NCBI RefSeq assembly: GCF_001194135.2
Contig: NC_068984.1
Span: forward strand, 103,815,415-103,879,414
Length of the DNA stretch: 64,000 nucleotides
Direction: 5' to 3'
Origin: Octopus bimaculoides
Taxonomy: Eukaryota
Made by a program: the position numbers and the translations under genes. Shown one piece after another: positions 49,400 to 61,940 of this stretch. The notes under the pieces are model-generated. The model was not told where the DNA came from, did no database searches, and saw only the letters and a list, made by a program, of their open reading frames with translations. Numbering within the stretch: the stretch's first letter is position 1; the number at the start of each line of letters is the position of its first letter.

Positions 49400-49805
49400 A
49401 GATCAATACTGTTAAGTTTCCACTTGAACTGTGCAAGAAAATACAGATCTAGAATTCCAGACAACCAATCTCTTGTGAAGGAAAGATTGGACATAATGTT
49501 TAGTGTGGGGTTGGGTAGGAATACAAGGAAGTGCAGGTGATATGGATGAGTTAAGAATGCTTGAGTGGAAGTGATGTGGGACCTGCCAGCTATGAGGTGC
49601 AAAGTTCATTGTAGTAGTGGCAAAAGAAGAAAGACGGAGAAAAAACAAGAAGTCTGTGAGCTGGAGTGTTTTGTGAGTGATTTCATACCAATTGATAAAC
49701 TAGGTTTCTTTGCTTGTGGTCTAGAAAATCTTTGCATATAGCAGCAGCACTGTTCTTGATATGAAAACAATGCCTCCATTGTAGACCTCACCTGAGTTTT
49801 GTAAG
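49400..49805 (-). mobile_element. CR1/L2-type LINE 3' fragment
   Basis: Frameshifted translation KTQVRSTME...FCHYYNELCTS*LA...PHTKHYVQSFLHKRLVVWNS fits the 'SFF.R....WN.L' tail. Confidence 0.65.
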
Positions 49806-52284
49806 AAGTTTGTAGTTATTGGATCTGAAGTAGTTTTGCTGCATGTAAATCAGGTAAATGAATATATTTTAAAAGAAAACACGTAGGATAAATAAATGGA
49901 ATTATATAGAATTAATTATGTAGAATTAATTAGTCATTGCTCTTTATTTTATTGGTAGCTGCACTTAAGTTAAGTGTTAATGCAAAAAAAATGAAAATAA
50001 TATAATAAAATAAAAACCATATAAATGAAGTTAGTGCCATCATATGATTGATGGGTGAGGAATCAAATTAATACTTATGTGGTGAAGAGAAGAAAACGTT
50101 AGTTCAATGACAAATATTTTAATTACTACTTAATTTGGTGGGGGCCATGTTGGTGAATTGAAAGAGTTGTTAGAATGTTGAATAAAATGCTCTGAGTTCA
50201 AATCCTGCTGAGATCAATTTTGTCAGGGTAATGGATTAGCAGAATTGTTAGATGGTGGGAAAGGATGTTTTGTTGTATTTATTCCAGCTCTGTGTATTCT
50301 GAGTATAAATCCCACCCTGTCAACAAAAAATTGTAATACTTCTGTCAGGAATTGTGACTAACACATAAAATCAACGATTTGAAAAATCAAAGTGAGCATC
50401 ATAGTTTCCTTGGTTCAGTTGGAAGATTGACTGGCACCACCACCAGGATGCATAAGAGTTGGGTGGTCTTCAGCCAGTACATCTATCCAGGACCCATAGA
50501 TCCAAGAAAAGAAAACTTGAATTTCAGATGGGTGAAGGTCCCACTCTCTTCCAAGATAGGGGCCTGGAAAAAAAAACCTTTCTCTTGCAGGCCCTAGCCA
50601 CTACCACCACCAACAACACTATGATGACAGTAATATAACCCTTTTTTTTTTTTGTTTGTTCATCAGGTGTCTCTGAGAAATTTCTCTCAATCATTTAATT
50701 TTTGATGCCTACAGCAATATAGCAATTTTCTTATTAATAACTTAGCAAGTACAAAGGCGATCCTTCACCAACGAGAACCTATAAGCTTGAAACATGTCTG
50801 AAGTTGAGCTGTCACTTGTAATTTGCCACAATCAGATTAAAATAACATTAATCATTGAACTAATTTTTCTCTTCTCATTACCATATAAGAATTATTAATT
50901 AATCATATTGTGTTTTTTTTCTCCCTCAGTGCATCAAGTATGATGTCCCAATTTCAATTGTATTTTTCATATGAATAACCTCTGCATAATCTATCTCCAG
51001 TTATTATGAAAAAAATACAACAAATATGAGGCTTTTCAAGGCCTCAAATATTGAATTAGTTATTATTCAATATTAAGTTATTCAATATAAAACTAAAATA
51101 TAAAACTATGATTCATGGATTTGGAAATAAAATATTTCCCTTGACTGCAATTGGTTGCGCCACCATAATGCAAAACTTTTCACAAATTGACACTAAAATC
51201 TAAACCTGGTTACACAAGTGACTTAGATCATCTTATTTTATTAATAATGACTTCTAACTCAAATACAAGGAGTGAGGGAACTGATTGTCTCGATTCCAGC
51301 ATTTGTTACTTGATATTTATTTTATTGAACCCTAGAGGATGAAAGGTAAAATATACCTTGGTAGGATTTTAACTCAGAATGCATAATAATAATAATAATA
51401 ATCCTTTCTACTATAGACACAAGACTCCTGAAATTTTGGGAAAGTGGATGAGTCAGTTACATCAACCCAAGAGCTTGACTGGTAATTATTTTGTTGACTC
51501 CCCAAAAAATGAAAGGTGAAGTTGACTCTGGTGGAATTTCAACTCAGAAAGTATAGCCTGACGAAATGCTGCTAAGCATTTGATTGACATGCTAATGATT
51601 CTGCCATCTTACTGATTTAATAATAATAATAATAATGGTTTCAAATTTTGACACACGGGCAGCAATTTGGTGGGAGGGGATGAGTCGATTATATTGATCC
51701 CAGTGTTCAACTGGTACTTATTTTATTGACCCTGAAAGGATGAAAGGTAAAGTCGACCTCAGCAGAATTTGCACTCAGAACGTAGCAACAGGCGAAATAC
51801 TGCTAAGCATTTCGTTCGGCACGTCAACGTCTCTGCCAGTTCACCACCTTAATAATAAAATGTCCTGATGCACTACCAGGCACTGGCTCTCATGGCTTCT
51901 GATCTTAATTGATTGGAATTGTTATCATGTACATGTTTTGTCTTGGTATAAAAGATGGGCTACAGCAAATATTCTGCTCAATACCACAGATTTTCTTGTT
52001 AGTTGTTTGACCATAACCAGTTGAGTATGTCCCTTGGTGGTTAACGAAATGTGCATCTCTATTCATGAGCAGAAGTAGTTGGGGAGCATCATAGCCATGT
52101 GTTGAGAGGAATCTTTGGGGTTTGAATAATTCACCTCAGGGAGCATGGATGTTTTGTTCAACATCCTTAAACAATCCTTATTCAGGGACCTTTTGAGCGG
52201 GATCGGCTACTCGACCTGAAGAAAATTCTAACTGGGCCCCACCTGCAAGGTCATGCGCTGTTTATCTTGATATGAGATCACCAT

Positions 52285-52624
52285 TCAGTTCTATATTTCA
52301 GGGATGACAAATTATGTACATTATTTACATTTGACGGATATTTGTCCTCATCTTGTTTGTTGTTAACACAATGTTTCAGCATATGGCATAGTGGTTAAGA
52401 GCACAGGCTACTAACCCCAAGATCCTGAGTTTGATTCCAGGCAGTGACCTAAATAATAATAATAATAATAATAATAACAACAACATCGAAAAATACCTTA
52501 GGAATGAGAACCCAGGTTCGAAATTTCCCCAAGACACCTGATGAAGGCTGGAGGGTATATCAGCCGAAACGTTGTGTTAACAACAAACAAGATGAGGACA
52601 AGTATCTGTCAAATGTAAATAATG
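52285..52624 (+). mobile_element. tRNA-headed SINE with hammerhead-bearing Penelope-type tail and 5' inversion
   Basis: 14-bp TSD tatgagatcaccat / tatgaaatcaccat (52271-52284, 52625-52638). A box TGGCATAGTGG and B box GAGTTTGATTCC. 64-bp inverted repeat 52317-52380 / 52563-52626 with 4 mismatches. Confidence 0.8.
52533..52578 (+). ncRNA. Minimal type I hammerhead ribozyme
   Basis: GACAC-CTGATGA-A-GGCTG-gagggtatat-CAGCC-GAAA-CGT-T-GTGTT: intact core, 5-bp stem II, palindromic ACGT stem III, GUU triplet, 5-bp stem I. Confidence 0.75.
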
Positions 52625-52768
52625 TATGAAATCACCATGTTGTGCACATATGGTTGTGATGCATGTGCCTGGTGTACCCTTATCAAACGGGTAGTCACAA
52701 TGAGTATACTGGGCTTTGTACATTTTACCCCGGTGTCACTTTGATGACATGCACTGCTCTCTCACTCA

Positions 52769-52800
<32 letters not shown>

Positions 52801-54044
52801 TTCTACCTAAGGCACAAGGCCTGAAATTTTAGGGGAGGGGACTAGTCAAATACATGAACCCCAATATTTCACTAGTACTTAATTTATCAACTCCGAAAGG
52901 ATGAAATGTAAAGTCACTATGGTGGAATTTGAACTCAGAATGTAAAGACGGATTAAATGTAGCTAAATGTTTTGCCTGATTTGCTAACAACTCTGCCAGC
53001 TCACCGCCCTACATAATAGTAATAAATACTCTTATGCAATTCACAACAGTGGCTCTCATAGCTTCTGATCTTAACAGATTGGAAGTGTTAACATGTACAT
53101 GTTTTATTTTGGTGTAAAAGATGGGCTACAGCAAATTTTCTGCTCCATACCACAAATATTTTTTTCAGTTGCTTGACCTTAACCAGCTGAACATGTCCCT
53201 TGGTGGCTAACGATGTGTGCATCTCTGATCACAAGTAGAAACAGTGGAGAAGTATCATAGCCATGTGTTGAGAGGAATTCTTGCGGTTTGAATAATTAAT
53301 CTCTGGAAACATGGGAGGTGTGTTCATCACCCTTAAACAACCCTTATTCAGGGATCTTTTGAATGGAATGGGCAACTCAACTTGAAGAAAATTCTGAGCT
53401 CCATCTGCAAGGTCATGTGCTATTTATTTTGATATGAGGTCACCATATAATGCACATGTAATGCATTGTACATGATAGGTATATTGGGCTTTGTATATTT
53501 TATCCCAGTGTCACTTTGATGGTTTGTGCTGCTCTCTCACTCAATAATAATAATAATATTAATAATAATTGATTCAAATTTTGGCATAAGGCTAGCAATT
53601 TTAGGGGAGGAGGTTACTTGAGTACATCAATCCCAGTAAGTAACTGGTACTTTCTTTAATCAACCTTCTAAGGAATGAAAGGCAAAGTTGACCTCAGTGG
53701 GATTTGAGCTCAAGAATACTGCTGAGCATTTTTTCTGACACTCTCACAATTGTACCAGCTCACTATCTTAATAATAATAATAAAATCAATGGGCAAAGAA
53801 ATCAATCAACTGAGTGACCTAATTCTGTAAGTGTTCAGCCATTTGAATTTTGAAAACAACATAACTACTGTATATATGTTAGTGTGCCGTGTAAAAATTA
53901 GTAGGCTCTCAGATTGTAAGCTATGATTTAAAAAGCTAGCACATGAAATGCGGAAATGTTTTTCTCTGTAATGTATTAACACACACACACACACACATAT
54001 ATATATAATATATCTATCTATCTATCTGTGTGTATATATATATA

Positions 54045-54373
54045 NNNNNNNNNNNNNNNNNNNNNNNNNNNNNNNNNNNNNNNNNNNNNNNNNNNNNNNN
54101 NNNNNNNNNNNNNNNNNNNNNNNNNNNNNNNNNNNNNNNNNNNNNNNNNNNNNNNNNNNNNNNNNNNNNNNNNNNNNNNNNNNNNNNNNNNNNNNNNNNN
54201 NNNNNNNNNNNNNNNNNNNNNNNNNNNNNNNNNNNNNNNNNNNNNNNNNNNNNNNNNNNNNNNNNNNNNNNNNNNNNNNNNNNNNNNNNNNNNNNNNNNN
54301 NNNNNNNNNNNNNNNNNNNNNNNNNNNNNNNNNNNNNNNNNNNNNNNNNNNNNNNNNNNNNNNNNNNNNNNNN
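54045..54373. other. Assembly gap (N run)
   Basis: Ns. Confidence 1.
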
Positions 54374-55204
54374 TATATATATGTACACACCCAACAAGAT
54401 TCTACACACCTTCTGTCTACCAAATTCACTCACAAAGCATTAATCGACTTGGGGCTAAGAAGAAGGTGCTTGTCCAAGGTGTTGCACTATGAGACTGAAC
54501 CCAAAACCACATGAGCTCAAATTGGAAATACATATATCATTTGAATTTCTTTTTAAAAAATCACAAAGTTTCCATTTCTCTTCCCTGAATTAGTAAATAC
54601 TTGTGTAACTTTCAAAAGGCCATCTCATCATTTTTGCTGTTGATTTTGCTTTTGTTTGTTTTGTTTTTCTTCACTGATTTGGTGAATCTCAGATTATATA
54701 ATCTAATGTGTCTTTCCTTCTTTAAAATGGTAGAGTTTAATTTAAATAAGATTTGGCTGCTATTTTCTAGCAGGCTGAGCAACCACATGAAGGAATCTTT
54801 GTTGGCTGTTATATTTTCATGAAGGTAAGGGTAGTGACAACTGTAGCCTCCATAGTTAGGGGTTGCTCTTTGGTAAGGCATAGCACCTGTTCAACCATCC
54901 TGCCTGGGATACGATGAAGACATGGGACTGCAGCATGGAGGATTGTAAAGAGGTAGCAGAAGAGGTCAACTGAGCCAATAGTGCTTCTTATATTGATTCT
55001 GAGTGGGGGAATCCTAGAAGATCCACAGTCAGGATCACCAAGCTCTATCAAGAAAGTAACAGCAACACATCCATAGGGGAGGCGTCCATGGCTGTGTAAT
55101 CAGTTAATGAAAGATTCATTGCAACTCAAGCTACAAATTCAAATAGAATTGGGTGGTGACAGAGAGTCACGGGAATCTGTACAACCAGCACAACTGAATA
55201 ATAA

Positions 55205-55380
55205 TAAGGGTAGTAAGGCAGCCAGCTGGCAAAATGCATTTTGTTAGTCTTCACATTCTGAATCAAAATTCTGCTGAGGTTGACTGTCCTTTATCCTTTT
55301 GGGGTCAATAGAATAAGTACCAGTTGAACACTGGGGTTGGAACTTGCTGACCTTGTGCCAAAATTTGAAACCAATAATAA
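55205..55380 (+). mobile_element. SINE family B copy
   Basis: aaggcagccagctggcaaaat...aaattctgctgaggttgact...aataagtaccagttgaacactggggt; flanked by aataataa. Confidence 0.65.
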
Positions 55381-55757
55381 GGGTAGCATCAATGAGACAG
55401 CACAAAAAAGCTTTCAATATATTTAGCTATGTCCCTTTGCACTGTGTGTTCAAATTCTGCCAAGTTTGAAAAGAATAAACAGCACCAATAACAATTGTAT
55501 AGAACACATCCCTCTCTCCTTCTCTTTCCTTTTTCCTTCTGCTCACACACACACACATGCATGCAGACAGATACATAATTTTATGACCTTGTGAAGAAGT
55601 TAGAGATTTCGATTATGAAGCAGGGTCATAAAATAATTCATTTACGAACAATCAGACAATTTATTTAAGATAAAAGTATAAAAAAAAAGAAATAACAAAG
55701 ACCATAAAGTTACTGACCTGGTTAAAGGTCAGGTGTTCATATCAAAGTTACAGACAA

Positions 55758-55788
<31 letters not shown>

Positions 55789-55832
55789 NNNNNNNNNNNN
55801 NNNNNNNNNNNNNNNNNNNNNNNNNNNNNNNN
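55789..55832. other. Assembly gap (N run)
   Basis: Ns. Confidence 1.
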
Positions 55833-55887
55833 NAATAATTTCTTAAAGTATGTGTTAATCCCCATGTACCCAGACTTTGTGGACACC

Positions 55888-55892
<5 letters not shown>
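55833..55892 (-). mobile_element. Possible Tc1/mariner-type terminal fragment
   Basis: Minus strand (TA)n-CACAGGGTGTCCACAAAG, similar to the common TACAGGGTGTCC TIR. Confidence 0.35.
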
Positions 55893-55942
<50 letters not shown>

Positions 55943-57502
55943 CATATATACATACATATGTATATACTTATGTACATACACATGTGTGTGTATATACTAA
56001 TAATATTTATACTGAATTTCTAACAAAGTAATTTTTTCTTTAATTAAAAAATATCAAGCCGCGTTTGTGTGTGTGTGTGTGTGTTCTGTACAGTGTTTCT
56101 AGTTCTACATTATAGACAATCGCTATTGTATATTAATCCTAAACACTTGAGAGTTACAGTTAATTTTAGGTCAGTTTGTTTACTTGCCCTTCTACCTCTT
56201 TTTACAAATAGAAAAGATCTAGACTTGTTTTCAGAAAATTTTCTGTCATTCATTCATTCATTCATTCATTCAGTTGTTCTTTCTCTGTTTCTTTCTTTCT
56301 TTCTTTCTTTCCATTATGAATTTAATATTTGGGAGAAGAAAGGAGTGACAGAAGAAAGATAGAAAGAAAGAACAAAAGCAGGTAAGAAAAAAATGAAGGA
56401 AGAAAGAAAGAAATGAAAGAAAAGAAAAAGATAGTAAAAAAAGCTAAAATAATAAAATCCAGTAGGTGTAATTTTCTGAACAGTTAACTCCATTATTAGA
56501 GAGTACATGTTTATAATATCTACTACATCTTGAATAATTTGAGGTGTCTCATTGAATAATTTCAGGTGATACAGATTGATCTGTATCTAAAGCTGGATAA
56601 AGAATTTGGAATAGCTATCTACAAATCAAGTTCATATTATTATATTTTAATGCAGTGAATATTTTTTTTAACAAATCAAATTAAAAATCAAATTAAAAAT
56701 CAAAATTAGAAATAATTATACAAGGAAGAAAAGACATTAACCATTAAGGTTTAACAGTATTTTACTTATTCTGGGAAGCATGGGAGATAACTTTGGACAT
56801 GTTTCATTTTTATTAGTTATTTTATACCCATTAACGAGGCAGACTTCAGTGTCCTTACCAAGATAGTGATAATAGAATTACTAAATAGATATACAATTTT
56901 GTATATAAGTAAACATAAAAATGAACATACATTAGGGAATAAATTACTGAGAGAAATTATTTGGTGTAATAATGTTATATCCACTCGGTCAGCTTATGCA
57001 ATAGTGGTCTCTTTATTAAGAATATCATTACACTTAGTTTAGTCATAAAGGTTCTTCATTTGAATCTGATCTGAGATTCTTTATACAACCAGGAATAAGA
57101 TACTTTATGTACATTCAGGAGATCAAACCAATCAAAATTTAGTCATTGTTGTTGTCGTCGTCATCATCATCATCACTTAATATTCACTTTTCCATGCTTA
57201 CATGGGTTGGATGAAGTCTATTTGAGGCAGATTTTTAATGGCTAGACGCCCTTCTTGTTGCCAACCTTCACCTGTTTCCAAGCAAGGTATTATTTCCCAA
57301 AGCTAGACATGTTTTTGTTGAGTACTGGAAATAAATAACACTGCTTGTGTGACAGTGACACTCATTTACAACTATGTCAAGAAAAAAGGGACACAAACTC
57401 ATACACACACACTTACACATATACATATATATATATATTAAACAGAATGAGATAACAAACCCAAGACTGTGAGGAGTTTTCAAGACATTTATAATGAAAT
57501 AG

Positions 57503-57548
57503 TCTTGCGGCTGTTTCTGGGATATTATGGATATCCCTTCATCAGAGA
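57503..57548 (-). ncRNA. Decayed hammerhead motif (U16.1 lost)
   Basis: Minus: TCT-CTGATGA-A-GGGATAT-ccata-ATATCCC-A-GAAA-CAGCCGC-A-AGA. Stem II is 7 bp; stem III is reconstructable as the palindrome ACAGCTGT. Confidence 0.5.
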
Positions 57549-57852
57549 TGGTGTGAGAAAATATTTGAGTTCAAATTATTGTGGAAAAGGAGGAAATAGG
57601 GAATATAGAGGAAAATAAGAGAATGAAAGTAGAAATAAGATATTTAAAGATATTGTAGTTTCAGTTCCATCATTCAAGGAAAATGGTGTAGAGAAGTGGT
57701 AAACAAGTTTCCTGTACATGGTATGTAAGTTCCAATAGCAGTTCATGTTTAGTCATTTCAAAGTATGGAGCCATGGAATCAGTGTTGCTCATACGAAAAG
57801 GCTTTGTGGTATGTATGTATGTATGAATATATATATATATTCCATTACCTCT

Positions 57853-58100
57853 CTCTCACATTTCCCTGCCTTCTCTTCTTGCTCACTTTCCCTCCTCTTT
57901 TCACTTCACTGTGTCCCTATCATTTTTCTCACCCCTCCTTAATTCTTCTGTCCCTCTGCCTCTACCGGTGTTTGGCCAAGCCTGCTCTCACATTTCCCTA
58001 CCTTCTCTTCTTGCTCACTCTCCCTCCTCTTTTCACTTCACTGTGTCCCTGTCATTTTTCTCGCCCCTCCTTAATTCTTCTGTCCCTCTGCTTCTACCTC
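57853..58100. repeat. 132-bp tandem duplication in a pyrimidine-rich repeat
   Basis: ctctcacatttccct...ctgtccctctgc.tctacc starts at 57853 and again at 57985. Confidence 0.9.
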
Positions 58101-58369
58101 GCTCTCTTCTCTCCCCCCACGTGACCGGTATTCAGCCAAGCCTGATCTTATTTTTCTTGGTTCGGCCATCATCCATGCAACATCTATATTCCTTCCTGTG
58201 TCTGTGAAATCTTCTATCCCTGCCATAAGGCTTTATTTCCACACACACCAGCTTAATTTAATTCGTCCTTAGTCAAAAGACACCTGTTGTTATGTCCTGT
58301 TATTTGTATTTGTGTAACATTCTCCGTTTTTTTCTGTCCTTGTTTTCGTATACATTCACTGATTTCTTC

Positions 58370-58711
58370 CAAGGAATCTAATGCTCTTAGCTTAGTTTTT
58401 CCTTGGGGCTGGCCAGATTGGAGTAAACTCAAGTATAACCAGCCGAAATTGCAAAGATAATCTGGAACTCGATTGAGGAAAGAGAAAAACTTGAAAGTCA
58501 GTGTAAGATCATAATATTTCATGTAAAATAAAGTTAATATAACAAATAATCCAGAATCCTTGTCCGGTACCAGATCGATCCCAAAATCTAATCAGTTCGT
58601 GCCAGTCCTTGAAAATTTCATCTGAATCCATCGAGTGGTTCTTGAGATATCTTGTCCACGGACAAACAAACATGACTGTAAACAATACCTCCACCTTCAC
58701 TAAGATGGGGG
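58370..58711 (+). repeat. Unclassified non-autonomous element G, copy 1 (copy 2 at 60213-60575)
   Basis: taatccagaatccttgtc.ggtaccagatcgatcccaaaatctaat...tgtccacggacaaac...ccttcactaag.tgg.ggtaataata is shared by both copies. Confidence 0.75.
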
Positions 58712-58721
58712 TAATAATATC

Positions 58722-60197
58722 TTCAGCAAAGATATAGGCATGGAATTTGGCATAGATAAGCATGCAATATTAGTCATGAGAAGGCAACAGGTAGCCAACA
58801 GCAAAGGCATCCAATTACCAGATGGCCAGACATTAAAATCATTGAAAGGGGGAGAGAGTTATAAGTATCTAGGCATATTAAAATCTGACAGAGTACTAAC
58901 TAAAGAAATGAAAACAAAAATTGAGAAGGAGTATATCAGAAGGGTGAGGAAGCTAATGAAGTTAAAGCTAAATGGTCCAAATCTAGTGAAGGCTGTAAAT
59001 ACTTGGACAGTATCATTAGATACTCAGCAGGCTGTAAATACTTGGACAGTATCATTAGATACTCAGCAGCTTTTGTAGATTGGACAAAAACTGAATTAGC
59101 AAAGTTAGACAGAAGAACTAGGAAGGAATTCAATATGCATGGAGGATTCCACTAAGAGCAGAAGTAGCAAGATTATACTTACCTAGAAAGGAAGGCAGAA
59201 GAGAGTTAATATCAGTAGAAGACTGCATGGAGTTAGCTAGAGTAGATATAGACTCCTACATAGGTAATAGTGAAGAAAGCTTATTACAAGCTGCTAGAGT
59301 CACAGCAAGACATAGGGAAACCAAAAACCCAAATGAAGTTAAAAACCAGAAAAAAGAACAGAAATTATCTGACTGGCAGGAAAAGGTGTTGCATGGTAGA
59401 TTCCCAAAGACAGTTGCAGAAAATAGTAGTAGTGAGACGACATGGCTGTGGTTCAAGAAAGGAAAGCTGAAAAGGGAGAAAGAAAGTTTGTTAGCAGCTG
59501 CACAAGATCAAGCATTAAGGACTAATTGGATAGAAGCCAAGATAGACAAAAACCAAGTAGATTCCCAATGTAGGTTATGCAAATCAATAAGAGGAAAGTG
59601 TTACTCATATAGTAAGTGAATGTAGCATGCTGGCACAGAAAGAATACAAGAAAAGACACAAAAACCTAGGGAGAGTAATCCACTGGGAGTTATGTAGAAA
59701 GCTAGGATTTAAACATATTAATAAATGGTATGAACATTTAAACTAGTAAAGTACTAGAAAGTAAGAAATACAAGATGTTGTGGAACTTTAGCATTCAACC
59801 TGACAGAGTAATAGAAGTTAGAAGACCTGATTTAGTAGTAGTAGATAATGAGAATAGAAAATGCCAGATAATTGACTTTACAGTCCCAAATGATTAAAAA
59901 AATCAATATGAGAGGAATAGAAAAAATAGCAAAGTACCAGGACCTAGCCATTGAATTACAGACACTATAGAAAGTGCGGGTAAAATGTATCCCAGTAGTT
60001 ATAGGTACATTGGGAACTGTCCCTAAAGATATGAACAGATGGATAGAAGAAATAGGCATAAAACCTAGTTTAGTACAGCTCCAGAAACCAGTTTTATTAG
60101 GGACAACTAGGATACTTAGGAGGGTTCTTCGCATCTAAGATTATTTGCTGTAGGAGTTTTTCTTTTCCAACAGTCTAATCTGTTGTGTGTATATGAA
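58722..60197 (+). mobile_element. 5'-truncated R4/Dong-clade non-LTR retrotransposon (RT C-terminus, CCHC knuckle, restriction-like endonuclease)
   Basis: FSKDIGMEFGIDKHA...YKYLG...KLNGPNLVKAVNTW; AAQDQALRTN...CRLC; RRPDLVVVD...IIDFTVPND...KYQDLAIEL...PVVIGTLG...LLGTTRILRRVL. Contains frameshifts and a 39-bp internal duplication (~58990-59067). TAA repeats on both sides. Confidence 0.9.
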
Positions 60198-60584
60198 AAT
60201 AATACTAATAATAACAAGAGCACTCAGAGAGCGCAAACCTCTGCCAAGGCAACACCAGCATCCTCTCAACAATTAGCCAGAGATAATTTTTTAAATGAGA
60301 ATATCTGAAATAAACTCAACTGCTCTCACAAATGAGAATACTAAAAACAAACTTACCTGCTCTCAAAAATTAAGTAAAAAAACGGGAAAATAATCCAGAA
60401 TCCTTGTCAGGTACCAGATCGATCCCAAAATCTAATTAGTTCATGCCAGTCATGAGGCCAAACATCCCTGAAAGTTTCATCCAAATCCATCCAGCAGATA
60501 TTGAGATATCATGTCCACGGACAAACAGCCAAACAAACACAACTGAAAATAATATTTCCTTCACTAAGGTGGAGGTAATAATAA

Positions 60585-60725
60585 TCCTTTCTACTAAAGT
60601 CACAAGGCATGAAATTTGTGGGGAGGGGACTAGTCGATTACATTGACCCCAGTGTTTCACTGGTACTTAATTTATCGACACCGAAGCGATGAAAGGCAAA
60701 GTTGACCATGGCAGTATTTGAACTT
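60585..60725 (-). mobile_element. SINE family B copy
   Basis: cctttctactaaagtcacaagg...gtcgattacattgaccccag...gaaaggcaaagttgacc; preceded by taataataat. Confidence 0.75.
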
Positions 60726-61262
60726 GGGGGGGGGGAGTGAAATAGGACCAGTGTGTGTGTTATAATTGGTATAATGACCTTCACAGCATACAACAAAATC
60801 TGTTTCAACTAATAACTTCACACCAAGATTCTTGCAAACTAAATACAAAAATAACATACAAATATACAACATGGAAATCAATAGGAAAATAAGCTTTAGA
60901 TTATGGAATTCCGCATAACAGCAAGATTTTTAAGGATATGGAATTAATTGATTGATTAATTAATAGATCAATTTGTTTCTCAAAGTTCACCCATCACAAT
61001 GTCTGATGACAATATGCCCCTCCTACACCTTAGCACTATTTCACATTGTTTCTTTTTTACTCTTTGCTATGTGTCTGGTGAATTTGTGTTGTGTGTGTGT
61101 GTGTGTGTGGTTTTAATTGGGGTGGAGGAATGTTTCTGAGATTCCTTTTGTATCTGAGGGTGAACATAGGAAAGTTGTGTGGAATTTGTGTTGAACTTTT
61201 GGTCTTGGGACTTTAGATTTTGAAACACACACATACCTGTGTGTATGTGTGTGTGTATTTCT

Positions 61263-61500
61263 GGAGGCACATGGCTTAGTGGTTAAGGTGGCACTATTGA
61301 TTGTAAGACTGGATTGGATGATGCATAGAGTTCTTGTGCAAAATACTTCATTACATGTTGCTCCAGTCCACTCAGCTAGCAAAAAGGAGTAATCCTGTGA
61401 CGGACTGGCACCCCTCCAGAAGTGGGGAGAATACCTATGCCACAGAATCTGAGAAACTGGCCTTACAAACCTATTGCTTTGGAAGGGCCTTTCATCTTTT
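61263..61500 (+). mobile_element. tRNA-derived SINE with a V-domain-like core
   Basis: A box TGGCTTAGTGG; ctccagtccactcagct; cctgtgacggactggcacccctccag resembles the V-SINE conserved motif. Confidence 0.55.
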
Positions 61501-61592
61501 TTCCTGATGTATGTATTTATGTGTGTATGCATATATGAATGTATATGGGTATGTATATATGTATGTTCTTATGTATTATATATGTTTGTAAG

Positions 61593-61628
<36 letters not shown>

Positions 61629-61651
61629 GAGGGAATAACTATTTTTATCTA

Positions 61652-61753
<102 letters not shown>

Positions 61754-61940
61754 GTATGTATGTATGTATATATATATATATATCATGGTTTATAATCATT
61801 CAAAAGAAAGTAAGAAAATGGAGATATAACATTTAATAATAATATCATTTACTGTAATGATTCTAAAATACAACACTTAAAAACCTAATGGTATATCTTT
61901 CTTCTACCCTCTGAAGAGAATTTGTCTAATATAATAATTT

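Larger units (their letters stand above)
51280..53765. mobile_element. Chain of SINE-B copies (51280-51385, 51403-51615, 51636-51850, 52799-53010, 53565-53765) and family E elements (51859-52770, 53025-53545) joined by (AAT)n
   Basis: Each unit is bounded by aataataat runs, and the two E copies align along ~520 bp. Confidence 0.8.

Noticed and set aside
52381-52450. tRNA gene call
   Set aside because: It has A/B boxes but no complete acceptor stem or terminator, and it lies inside a TSD-flanked insertion, so it is a SINE head.
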